Shown here in pieces: positions 25,429-34,715 of a stretch of 35,529 bases of DNA (position 1 is the first letter of the stretch; the number at the start of each line of letters is the position of its first letter). The translations under genes and the position numbers were made by a program. The DNA comes from an uncultured bacterium. GTDB taxonomy: Bacteria; Patescibacteriota; Saccharimonadia; UBA4664; SCTI01. The notes beneath the pieces were generated by a model. That model searched no databases and was not told the origin of the DNA. It saw only the letters and a list, made by a program, of their open reading frames with translations. The stretch is from assembly GCA_963721685.1 (NCBI GenBank), contig CAVRJJ010000001.1, positions 369,950 to 405,478 on the forward strand. The letters are read 5' to 3'.

Positions 25429-26744
25429 GCCGCCACCTCATTTTTCTTCAAACCATAGGAACCGGCGCGGCGACCCCAGGAGGTACGTATAAACAGCCTG
25501 ATGAACGTACGGCTTACAACCACCGATGTGAACAGACTAATCAGTACGCCAATCCCCAGCGTTACCGCGAAGCCCTTAATAATAGTAGCTCCAAACAGGT
25601 AAAGGATAAGACAGGTAATAAGCGTGGCGGCGTTGGAGTCGCGGATGGATGTCCATGCCCGATCAAAGCCGGCCTCGGTAGCCGCCACAAACGACTTACC
25701 CGAACGCAGTTCCTCTTTCATCCGCTCAAAGATTAAGATGTTCGCGTCAACTGCCATGCCAATACTCAAGATAAACCCAGCGGTTCCTGCCAAGGTAAGC
25801 ACAATCGCGTAGGGCGTAAGCGCTGTTAGCTTATACACGGCCAAGGTAACTAAGGTGTAGACAATAAGTGCGAGCACGGCCAATAGCCCAGCGGTGCGGT
25901 AGTACGCCACCATAAAGGCTGCCACCACAATCAACCCAATAATACCGGCCAATAGGCTTTTGGATACCGACTCTTGCCCTAAGCTTGGACCGACACTGCG
26001 TTGCTGCACCAGGTCGATAGGAATGGGCAAAGCACCTGCATTTATTTGCTGGGCAATAGTTCGGGCCGCCTCAACGTCTTTGAAATTACCCGAAAGCTGG
26101 GCGTTGCCATCGGTAATCGGTTGGGAAACTCCGGCCGGACCAAAGACTATTTCATTATCAAGCAACGTTACCAACTGTCCATTTTGTTTATTAATACGGG
26201 TGGTTAACGCACCAAATTTTTTGGTTGACTCGCCGCCCTTCATTTTAAGCATTACAATTGGTTGCCCTGTTTGCGTATCAAAATCCGGATCCGCCCGGGA
26301 CACGTCTTTACCAGTAACATTGGTCGCGATAGGCTGGTCGCTGCCGGGCACAAGCTCGAGAAACTGGAGGTTGGCTGTGCGCCCTATTTGGTTTATTGCC
26401 TCATTAACATCGGCTACCCCGGGGAGATCAACAATAACCCGGTCAGACCCCTGCCGCTGGATCGTTACTTCGGCCGTACCGGACGGGTTGGCGCGCTTCT
26501 GGATAACCTCAACCAACGAGCTCATAGCGGTCTCCCGTTCGGTTTTGGAAAGTTTTTTCAATTCACCGGCGTTGGCTTGGAAAACCAGCTCAGCCCCTCC
26601 TTGCAAATCAAGTCCCTGCTTCACGCTGAGGTGGCTGTCCTTAATGCCAATTTTTTGCAGTAACTGGTCCTCTTTCGGGTAGGCCAAAACGGCCGTTACC
26701 ACGGTAAGCAAAAGTATTAACCAAAATTTAACTCGTAAACTCAT
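25425..26744 (-). CDS. secD: Protein translocase subunit SecD
   Basis: GLDLQGG, GALP, VGPSLG, GMAVDANILIFERMKEE, IKGFAVTL. Confidence 0.96.
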   Translation of the reverse strand: MSLRVKFWLILLLTVVTAVLAYPKEDQLLQKIGIKDSHLSVKQGLDLQGGAELVFQANAGELKKLSKTERETAMSSLVEVIQKRANPSGTAEVTIQRQGSDRVIVDLPGVADVNEAINQIGRTANLQFLELVPGSDQPIATNVTGKDVSRADPDFDTQTGQPIVMLKMKGGESTKKFGALTTRINKQNGQLVTLLDNEIVFGPAGVSQPITDGNAQLSGNFKDVEAARTIAQQINAGALPIPIDLVQQRSVGPSLGQESVSKSLLAGIIGLIVVAAFMVAYYRTAGLLAVLALIVYTLVTLAVYKLTALTPYAIVLTLAGTAGFILSIGMAVDANILIFERMKEELRSGKSFVAATEAGFDRAWTSIRDSNAATLITCLILYLFGATIIKGFAVTLGIGVLISLFTSVVVSRTFIRLFIRTSWGRRAGSYGLKKNEVAA

Positions 26745-26798
26745 AATCAGTTCGTTTCAGTGTAGCGCATTACCAATTAACCGACTAGTGCAGGTCGT

Positions 26799-27245
26799 TT
26801 ACTCAACGGTGATGTTAAGGGTATGGCTGGGGTTGAAATGATCGTGCATGCCAAATGAGCCGGTCTGCTTGGGAGTGATGGACTTTGAACTGCCGCTTGA
26901 AATATTTCCAGCATTAAGTTCAGAATTATCGGTGTGCTGCGGATGCGGGTCGGAAGATGGCTGGATGGTTGCTGACGTCTTATTGTCGAAGGTGACTGTC
27001 TGCCCGGATTTAACAGTAATAGTCGAGGGACTAAAGCCATTGCTATCATAGCTAACCGTAACGGTTCCGGGTTGCGGAGCCGCGGGCTCCGACACCGGTG
27101 AAGGTGCAGGCTGAGGGGTGTCCGAGGCTGTTTGTTTCGAGGAGTCCGAAGCGCTGTCAGTATCAGGCCGAGCCACGAGCCAAGCAAGCGCCCCCAAAAC
27201 CACCACTACCATAACTACCAATACGGCTACTGTGCTGCGCTTCAT
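26799..27245 (-). CDS. Membrane-anchored cupredoxin-fold protein
   Basis: N-terminal TM, S/P linker, then GFSPSTITVKSGQTVTFDN...GSFGMHDH...ITVE; SD GAGGAG. Confidence 0.82.
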   Translation of the reverse strand: MKRSTVAVLVVMVVVVLGALAWLVARPDTDSASDSSKQTASDTPQPAPSPVSEPAAPQPGTVTVSYDSNGFSPSTITVKSGQTVTFDNKTSATIQPSSDPHPQHTDNSELNAGNISSGSSKSITPKQTGSFGMHDHFNPSHTLNITVE

Positions 27246-27334
27246 GCTCTTTCTCCTCTTTATGCTTAATGCAGGACCTCGGATGTACCTTGATTATATC
27301 AAACACTCCCGGCAGCCCGGTGTACAATATGGTT

Positions 27335-29287
27335 ATGAGCGCAGCCCAAAAGCTATATGTGCTGGTGGCGCCGTTAACCTTTACGGGTACCGCTTCAGCC
27401 GGATTCACCTATGAAATTGACGCTGGCACCGCGGCAGTCGGAAAGCTTGTAACCATCCCCCTGGGGCGCCGCCAAAGCTTGGGAGTTATTACCGGCTTAA
27501 CGAACGCCAAGCCCGCCTTCGCCACCAAAGCTGTTACGGAGTTGCTTGATATACCCGCACTTCCGGCCCATTTAGTGGACTTGGCGGGCTGGCTTGGCAC
27601 TTATTACTTTTCCAGCCCCAAGTCGGTATGGCAAACCTTATTACCAGCCGGGATTACCCGCAAGCGCCGGACCGCCAAGCCCAGCCAAGCTGATTTTGTA
27701 TTAAAGCCCCAGGACCAAACCCTTACTTCCGACCAACAACAGGCCTTTACCGGTATTATGGAAGGCAAACAGACTACCTATTTAGTGCAGGGCGTGACCG
27801 GGTCGGGCAAAACCCGTCTTTACCTGGAACTTACCGCCGCGCAGCTTAAAAATGGGAGGTCGGCCGTAGTGCTGGTGCCGGAAATCGCCCTAACCCCCCA
27901 ACTGCTCGCCCTGTTCGAGGCAAGCTTTCCCGGACGAGTGATCGCTTTCCACTCAGGCCTATCGGAGGCCGGCAAACACCAGGCCTGGCAGCGGGCACTG
28001 GAAAGCCCGGAACCATTAGTGGTGGTAGGGGCGCGCTCCGGCCTGTTCTTGCCGCTAGCAAAGCTTGGGGTAATTGTGATTGATGAGTGCCACGAACAAA
28101 GCTATAAACAAGAACAAAACCCGCGCTACCATGCCATTCCCACCGCGGCGAAACTGGCGCATCTTAGCGGTGCCAAGTTGGTGCTTGGGAGTGCTACTCC
28201 CGGCCTTACCGAGGTTTACGCCACCACCACCGGTCGGGTGAAACTCTATAAGCTCCCCAAGCGGGTGGAAAACCGCCAACAACCGGCTTGCACGATCGTG
28301 GACATGCGCGAGCCCGAGGTGCGTGGAAAAAGCAGCCTTATTTCCCGTCCGCTCCAAGAAGCGCTGGTACAGACCCTCCGGGAGGGCCGCCAGTCCTTGT
28401 TATTCCTGAACCGGCGCGGCACCGCTTCAAGCCAAATCTGCAACCACTGCGGCCATGTAACCCTTTGCCCCACCTGCCAACTCCCCCTAACCTTCCACGC
28501 CGACCACATGAAATTAATATGCCATTTCTGCAACTACCGGCAGGTGCCCGGGGCTGTCTGCCCCAATTGCAGTGCCAGTGAGCTGCGATATGTGGGGGGA
28601 GGAACCAAGCGAATTGAAACTGAAATAGCCCAAGTTTTGCCGCATGTCCGAGTTTTTCGGCTGGATAAGGATAGCGCGCGGCCGGAAGAGCTGCCCAAAC
28701 TTTATAAGCTGCTGCATGAGGGCTCCATCGATATCCTGATTGGAACCCAAATGATCGCCAAGGGGCTCGATCTTCCCAATCTGGATACCGTGGGGGTAAT
28801 AAACGCCGACTCTATGCTGCACATGCCGGATTTCCACTCCGCGGAACGTACCTTCCAGCTATTAACCCAGGTGGCCGGGCGAGCTGGGCGCGGTGACCGA
28901 GCGGGCAGAGTTTTTATTCAAACCCGTACACCGGATCATCCGGCCATTCAAGCGGTTAAGACGAACAGTTATTGGGATTTCTCTCGCGCCGAATTAGCCC
29001 AGCGCCAGCTGCTCGGCTACCCCCCCTTCCGTTACCTTTTAAAGTTAACCTATTCACATAAGGATGAGGCGGCGGCCGTTAGCGCCAGCCAGGCGCTCTA
29101 TGCTACGCTAAAACAGAACCCCCACATTAGGGTTTTAGGCCCGGCCCCAGCCTTCCATGCCCGGCTTGGCGGCAAGCACCATTGGCAGTTGATTATAAAA
29201 GCGGCTGAGCGCCATTATTTACTGGAAATTACCGCCGCCTTACCCGCTGCCTGGAAAACTGACTTAGATCCGATAAACGTATTATAA
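27335..29287 (+). CDS. priA: Primosomal protein N' (PriA helicase)
   Basis: GVTGSGKT, VPEIALTPQ, DECH, SATP, four CxxC, QVAGRAGR. The start is probably 27335 or 27329 rather than 27269. Confidence 0.97.
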   Translation: MSAAQKLYVLVAPLTFTGTASAGFTYEIDAGTAAVGKLVTIPLGRRQSLGVITGLTNAKPAFATKAVTELLDIPALPAHLVDLAGWLGTYYFSSPKSVWQTLLPAGITRKRRTAKPSQADFVLKPQDQTLTSDQQQAFTGIMEGKQTTYLVQGVTGSGKTRLYLELTAAQLKNGRSAVVLVPEIALTPQLLALFEASFPGRVIAFHSGLSEAGKHQAWQRALESPEPLVVVGARSGLFLPLAKLGVIVIDECHEQSYKQEQNPRYHAIPTAAKLAHLSGAKLVLGSATPGLTEVYATTTGRVKLYKLPKRVENRQQPACTIVDMREPEVRGKSSLISRPLQEALVQTLREGRQSLLFLNRRGTASSQICNHCGHVTLCPTCQLPLTFHADHMKLICHFCNYRQVPGAVCPNCSASELRYVGGGTKRIETEIAQVLPHVRVFRLDKDSARPEELPKLYKLLHEGSIDILIGTQMIAKGLDLPNLDTVGVINADSMLHMPDFHSAERTFQLLTQVAGRAGRGDRAGRVFIQTRTPDHPAIQAVKTNSYWDFSRAELAQRQLLGYPPFRYLLKLTYSHKDEAAAVSASQALYATLKQNPHIRVLGPAPAFHARLGGKHHWQLIIKAAERHYLLEITAALPAAWKTDLDPINVL

Positions 29288-29304
29288 AAGGAATATTAAA
29301 AGGT

Positions 29305-29868
29305 ATGGCCTCCAAAGAAAAAGCTCCGCGCGAAAGTATTATCCATGTCCCCGACCCGCTGCTTAAGCGCAAAAGCTTTCGCGTCGGCCATATCGATAAA
29401 TCCACCGAAGCATTGGCCCGCGAAATGATTGTGGCGACCCTCGACTGGGAGGCGACCCGTGAACACGAGTTTGGCGCGGCTTTGGCGGCCGTCCAGATAG
29501 CCAAACCCTACCGGGTCGTGGTTATCCGCGACGACTTTGAAAATAAGGAAAAGAAGAGCTTTGGCGTTTTCATTAACCCTGAAATCGTAAAATTTGAAGG
29601 TGTGCTGGAAGAGTCAATGGAGGGCTGCTTAAGCGTCCCCGATATGTACGGCTCGGTAGCCCGCTATACCAAGGTTAAGGTACGGGCCCTTAACCTGAAC
29701 GGACAGCCTATCCGGATAACCGCGACCGGCTTTTTAGCGCGGGTCCTCCAGCATGAAATTGACCATTGTGAAGGTAAGCTGTTTACCGATCACGTGCATG
29801 ACGCCGACAAGCTCTTTAGGCTGGGATTAAACGGCAAATTTAGCAAATACGAACCCTCGAAGCGCTAA
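29305..29868 (+). CDS. def: Peptide deformylase
   Basis: GAALAAVQI, EGCLS, QHEIDH. Confidence 0.95.
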   Translation: MASKEKAPRESIIHVPDPLLKRKSFRVGHIDKSTEALAREMIVATLDWEATREHEFGAALAAVQIAKPYRVVVIRDDFENKEKKSFGVFINPEIVKFEGVLEESMEGCLSVPDMYGSVARYTKVKVRALNLNGQPIRITATGFLARVLQHEIDHCEGKLFTDHVHDADKLFRLGLNGKFSKYEPSKR

Positions 29869-29871
29869 AAT

Positions 29872-30798
29872 ATGAAGCCGCCACTGGTTTTTTTTGGGAC
29901 CGGGCCCGTTAGCCTCCGTTGCCTCAAGGGCATTTATGACCATTTCCAGATAGAGGCTATCATCACCAAACCCGACCGCGTATCTCCTGGCGGGAAAATC
30001 CACCCCCACCCGGTACGTACTTGGGCCGAAGACCACGCCATCCCGGTATTTCAGGTTAATAACGAAGCAGACTTAAAAGCGTTGTGGCGCTCACATCAGT
30101 TTACTAGCCGGACAGGTTTGGTGGTTGATTTTGGCATGACTATTCCGGATCAGGTAATTGATAGTTTTGAGCTGGGAATTATGAATAGCCACTTCTCACT
30201 GCTGCCCCTTCTTAGGGGCGCCGACCCGATTAGTTTTGCGATTTTAGAAGGGTTACCCGAAACCGGCGTGAGCCTGATGAAGATTGTGGCTAAAATGGAT
30301 GAGGGCGATCTTTTGTCCCAGGAGCCCTACTCCCTTCCTGACGACATTACGACTCCTGATCTTACCGAAGCCTTAAGCGATCTCAGTAATCGGATGCTTA
30401 CCAGGGACTTACCCCGCTATATAAAGGGAGAAATGTTGCTCCGCCCTCAAAACCCGGCCATCCCGCCCACTTATAGCCGCAAACTAACCAAACAAGATGG
30501 CATTATTGATTGGACTAAGCCAGCGGCAATGCTAGAACGAGAGGTACGGGCCTTTATTGGATGGCCCGGCAGCCGCGTCCAAATACTAGGCCGGGATGTT
30601 ACCATAACCGCTACCCACGGGATGGTGGGTAAGGAGTGGACAGATAAAACTGCCGCTCCCGGTACTATTCTTTCCCCTACGGGCGCACCGCTTGTGGTGG
30701 CAACCGGTGAGGGCGGGCTGGCCGTTGACCGCCTAAAACCGGCAGGCAAGCGCGAGATGTCCGGTGCTGAGTTTATCCGAGGCTATTCCAAGCCGTAA
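29872..30798 (+). CDS. fmt: Methionyl-tRNA formyltransferase
   Basis: FFGT, NSHFSLLPLLRGADPI, MDEG, IDW, LKPAGKREM. Confidence 0.95.
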   Translation: MKPPLVFFGTGPVSLRCLKGIYDHFQIEAIITKPDRVSPGGKIHPHPVRTWAEDHAIPVFQVNNEADLKALWRSHQFTSRTGLVVDFGMTIPDQVIDSFELGIMNSHFSLLPLLRGADPISFAILEGLPETGVSLMKIVAKMDEGDLLSQEPYSLPDDITTPDLTEALSDLSNRMLTRDLPRYIKGEMLLRPQNPAIPPTYSRKLTKQDGIIDWTKPAAMLEREVRAFIGWPGSRVQILGRDVTITATHGMVGKEWTDKTAAPGTILSPTGAPLVVATGEGGLAVDRLKPAGKREMSGAEFIRGYSKP

Positions 30799-30822
30799 AC
30801 ACTTACCGTACAATAATGGCGT

Positions 30823-31104
30823 ATGTACCAAAAAATACCTAAAATCGTCCGTCAAATCCTGGTGATGCTGGTTGGCATCCCGGTTATTATTGTTGGCATC
30901 ATCTTACTCCCCCTGCCCGGCCCCGGTTGGGTGGTAATTTTAGCCGGCCTTTATATTATTTCCCGCGAGTTTGCCTGGGCCCGGAAATACATTGATTTCA
31001 TCGAGGCAAAACTCCGCATGATCGCCAAAAAGATTAAAGAAAAGCAAGCCGAACTGAAAGCAGAGCAAGAAAAGGAAAAACAAAAAAAGAAGCTTGGAGA
31101 TTGA
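30823..31104 (+). CDS. PGPGW-family membrane protein
   Basis: GIILLPLPGPGW...EFAWA. Confidence 0.85.
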   Translation: MYQKIPKIVRQILVMLVGIPVIIVGIILLPLPGPGWVVILAGLYIISREFAWARKYIDFIEAKLRMIAKKIKEKQAELKAEQEKEKQKKKLGD

Positions 31105-31129
31105 CATAGCAACCAATTTATTATAGAAT
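31101..31129 (+). promoter_or_regulatory. Near-consensus sigma70 promoter
   Basis: TTGACA(31101-06)-17 bp-TAGAAT(31124-29). Confidence 0.75.
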
Positions 31130-31207
31130 CGTCAAACGGCACGAAAGTCTTCGTTCCCCTGTCCATCGATGCCTCGCCCTGGGTTTAAATAGGGGTAGGA
31201 GTTCGTC

Positions 31208-31549
31208 ATGTCGAACCTGAAGAACCGCGCCTGCCAGATCCTGGCGAGCATTGCCACGGCCACCACCGGCCTCGCCGCGACGCTGCTCATTGCAGCGCCC
31301 GTTGCCTTGGCTCAGAGCGGAGGCCGGAGCTCATCCGCCTGTGACTTCCAGCTCCGTTACGTCGTGCTGGGCGTGCTCATGATCCTCGCTGGCTTCGTCG
31401 GCTCGATGTTTCTCGCCCTGTTGACCCACCCACACATCAACCTCAACCTCAGCCTGAGGTGGCGGATGTGGATCGCCGGAATCAGCGGCTTGCTGATCCT
31501 GATCGGCACCATCATCCTGGGCTCAACGTCCGACGGTGTCAGCTGGTAG
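31208..31549 (+). CDS. GC-rich small membrane protein with VirB2/TrbC pilin-like architecture
   Basis: SD TAGGAG; long signal peptide ending APVALA|Q, followed by two TM helices; own promoter and terminator. The pilin call rests on architecture only. Confidence 0.6.
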   Translation: MSNLKNRACQILASIATATTGLAATLLIAAPVALAQSGGRSSSACDFQLRYVVLGVLMILAGFVGSMFLALLTHPHINLNLSLRWRMWIAGISGLLILIGTIILGSTSDGVSW

Positions 31550-31581
31550 GCGTCCAACATCAAGCAAGGGCCCAATCCTAG

Positions 31582-31611
31582 GGACCCGCCGCGCTCACGC
31601 GCGGCGGGTCC
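31582..31611 (+). terminator. GC-rich hairpin, probable terminator
   Basis: Perfect 13-bp stem GGACCCGCCGCGC-TCAC-GCGCGGCGGGTCC followed by TCCGTTTTCT. Confidence 0.75.
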
Positions 31612-31691
31612 TCCGTTTTCTCAACTTGAATTGAGTTGACTTAATCTATAGACGTCATTACACTTATGCTTATAGAGTGAGGAAGCATGGT

Positions 31692-32063
31692 ATGCCTAAT
31701 GACATAAATACTTTTGTGAAGTGGGTCATTGATCAACGCCCTGAATCAAGTAAGATTCCCGAGGCGGAAAAAGTTATTATGCAAAAAGACCTTGAGTCAC
31801 GACTTGAGCGCATGGTCAATACTGCCTTAATTGCTCAAATGACACCGGAGCAACTCGAACAATTTAATGACTTAACAGACCAAGCATCAGATGAGCAAAT
31901 CCAACAGTTTATTGAGCGGTCAGTCCCCCACAGCCAGGAGGTAACTACTCAAGTACTCACCGATTTCGTCAAAATGTACTTAGGGGAGAACTATGCCGGA
32001 AACTCCGGCGCGCCCCGCCTGAACCAGCTGAAACAGAGTTTCGTTTTACCGCGGCTCAAATAA
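31692..32063 (+). CDS. Small acidic helical protein, DUF5663-like (CPR-typical)
   Basis: LESRLERMVNTALIAQMTPEQLEQFNDL...IQQFIERSVP..QEV pattern; promoter TTGACT-17-TACACT; the 3' end is probably extended by an indel near 32013-32016. Confidence 0.65.
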   Translation: MPNDINTFVKWVIDQRPESSKIPEAEKVIMQKDLESRLERMVNTALIAQMTPEQLEQFNDLTDQASDEQIQQFIERSVPHSQEVTTQVLTDFVKMYLGENYAGNSGAPRLNQLKQSFVLPRLK

Positions 32064-32074
32064 ATCAGGCCGAT

Positions 32075-33223
32075 GTGCGAAAACAGGCCTACGATGTAGC
32101 CGACGAAACCTTGCAACAAGAGCAACACGACATGCTCAATCGTACCGGAGGCAGCCGACTAATGGGTCGTCTTCAAAACGTGTGGCGCCAAACCTTTACC
32201 CGCACCGCCCGCCGCCAAGCCCACATGCGTGAAGCCGAACAGGCAATGATAACGAACCAAAACATGCATGACCCACAAAACGCCGACCGTGCCGCCCACA
32301 ACCGCGACATGAACGCCATCATCGGCCGGGTTACCGAAGGTTTTTTGCGTGTTGACGAAGGCGAAGAGCAGCGCGAAGGAGTTGCCCCCGAAGTAGAAGC
32401 AAGAGTAAAAGCCTATATTGAACACCATGTTAATAACGCCGATGCCGCTCAACTTCAAGCAGACCTCGATGCTATCCAAGAAGCGATTCACGCCTCACAT
32501 AGCGACACCATTGCAGGCTTTAGTATTGAGGAAATTCAAGCTTTGGCCGCCAATATCAAAGAAAAAGAATCAGCGGAACGCACTCTCGAAAGTATGCTTA
32601 GTGAGATTAAATTTTATGAAGCTGAAGTTAGAAGCGGCGTACGCACCGAACTTCAGCGCACGCAGGCTGAACGGGCTCTGGAGTGGGTAGAGCAACGCCG
32701 CGGCCTGGTTGTTAGCGCTAAAGTGGCAACCTTTGCCATAACGGCCGCCGTGGCCGCTGGCATAGGACTTAAAAGTGCTGCTGGAAGGGTTGCCAGCACT
32801 ATTGTGCCGGGAGCGGTCGGCGCTGCCATCGCAGGCGTCCACGAAGCCAGAACACTTAAGTCGGAAAGAGCCTACCTTGAGCGATCAAGCGCCAAAGGTG
32901 AGACAATTACCGGACCAGATCAAAAACGGCGACAAGAACTAGCCGAGAGTATTTATACAAAAGCCTCAGCTTCCGGCTTAATTCAATCGTTAGAGACTTT
33001 GATGCCGGAAAACGGTCCACCTGATGACCTTAGCCCAGCTGATGTCAAGACGCTCAATAGCATTGTCCAAGAAATACAGGCACGTGAAATATTTGGTGTG
33101 CAAAATGGTATAGATCTAATTAGTTTTAGCGGTTCCAAAAACGTAGAGACCGAGCGTTTTAATCTTGTTAGGTTAAGAGCTCAAGCCGAGCGTTATGTAA
33201 GTGACCGTATGGGCACTTTTTAG
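32075..33223 (+). CDS. N-terminal fragment of the large gene (coiled-coil plus Ala/Gly hydrophobic hairpin)
   Basis: 382-aa ORF; contains VATFAITAAVAAGIGLKSAAGRVASTIVPGAVGAAIAGV. Confidence 0.6.
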   Translation: MRKQAYDVADETLQQEQHDMLNRTGGSRLMGRLQNVWRQTFTRTARRQAHMREAEQAMITNQNMHDPQNADRAAHNRDMNAIIGRVTEGFLRVDEGEEQREGVAPEVEARVKAYIEHHVNNADAAQLQADLDAIQEAIHASHSDTIAGFSIEEIQALAANIKEKESAERTLESMLSEIKFYEAEVRSGVRTELQRTQAERALEWVEQRRGLVVSAKVATFAITAAVAAGIGLKSAAGRVASTIVPGAVGAAIAGVHEARTLKSERAYLERSSAKGETITGPDQKRRQELAESIYTKASASGLIQSLETLMPENGPPDDLSPADVKTLNSIVQEIQAREIFGVQNGIDLISFSGSKNVETERFNLVRLRAQAERYVSDRMGTF

Positions 33224-34279
33224 ACTGGTGAACAGCCCACAATGGAACGTTTATTCCCTGGGGAACATTACCAATGAGCTTGAAGCCAAAGATGATGCTT
33301 ATCGCAAACTTCGCAACCGGCGCGTGGGCAAAGCAATGATACAAGGAGCCTTAGTCGGGTTGGTTGTAGGGGACCACCATTCAGGAGGCTTCCGCTGGAA
33401 TACGTTCGGACTACCAAGGCGTTGCTGACGGATTAGCCGTGGGAGGTCCGGCAGTGCGGTGATCGTACATGGCTCCGAAATGTGCTTGCTGGCAGTGGAA
33501 TCTGGAATGGGTCGAAACGCATACCATAACCACGCCCGGCATAAGCGGACCTGATCAACCAATTTTTGTTCAGGCCCGGATGGCAGTGAGCCGGTACAAG
33601 TTACCCATCCCAATGGTCCGGCAATTCAAATTGCGGTCGACCGCAGCGACCCCGACTGGAATTACCACGAGTATAACGGAGGGAAGCATTACGAGCGGAT
33701 TCATGAAGGCTATTTAACGTCGATATCAAATGGCTTTCGGCTCGTACATGAAATTCATGATCAAAATAGTAATGCCGGATACATTACGCTTCAAGACGTC
33801 TATGGCAATGTGGTTGCCGATCGCTTAGCACAAGGCCCCGGGGGGTTAACCCCTGATTCACTTCAAAAGCTACATGATTTGGGCATTACCACCAAGTTTG
33901 ATCCAACCGGTGACGCACGGTAAAGGTCGTCTAGATATCGTTATTCCTGAAAAGTCGACAGGGGGCGCAGCCGAAACACACACGAAAGAGATTCATAGCC
34001 CGACGGGCGTAGAGCCCTTTACCCCGCCGATAGTCGCACCTTTCCTCACGGGCAGACGAGAGAGTTAGAAGTAAAGCCGGGAGGCGCGGCACCCACCCCA
34101 GGCCCTGGCCCTGGACCTACGCCGACTCGCCGAACCTTCACCCGCCCCCCCGCCAGGACCAGGAACTGGAACGAGAAACGAATCGAAGAACTGAAGAATT
34201 TCGCCAAAGCGTTGCCGAGCGTGTCAACAATAGTCGTGAAACGTGGGATGGAGTGCGCGGACTATTTAATAACATTAAT

Positions 34280-34715
34280 GACCGGGCCACGTTTAATGAA
34301 GTTGTTGCCGATCTCTTTAACAACGGCTACATAGACATGGAAGAGGGAGATAATCCCGATTTAGGCGAAAATAACGTTCGCCTAAAGCTCAAAGACGATG
34401 CCCCGGAAGAGTATAAGGATATATTTGAAAAACTGGTAGAAGCCCAGAGGCGGATTGAAAATGCCGAACTTGATACCGCCCGCTACTTCGAGCAAATTCG
34501 ACAGCGTGTTGAAGGAGGCTTAGATCGGGCAGGGTTAAACCAACTTATCTCCGACTTAGTTGGCAGTAATATTATTGATTTACATGACGGAAACAATCCT
34601 GACCTCGGCGATAATAACGTGCGGTTTAGTCTAAAATCCGGAGCAGAGCGTTATCAAGCTGTATTTGAGCAATTGCGGGAACAACAGCGCCAGATTGAAA
34701 ATGAAGAACTAAACA
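34280..34715 (+). repeat. Two copies of a ~64-aa protein module (81-codon period)
   Basis: DRATFNEVVADL...GDNPDLGENNVRLKLK...IFEKLVEAQRRIENAEL versus DRAGLNQLISDL...GNNPDLGDNNVRFSLK...VFEQLREQQRQIENEEL. Confidence 0.8.

Noticed and set aside
910-30749. Many antisense or alternate-frame ORFs in the track (e.g. 910-1260, 5295-5750, 12651-13391, 15545-16150, 25960-26682)
   Set aside because: They lie on the opposite strand of well-supported genes, lack start signals and read as mirror-frame sequence.
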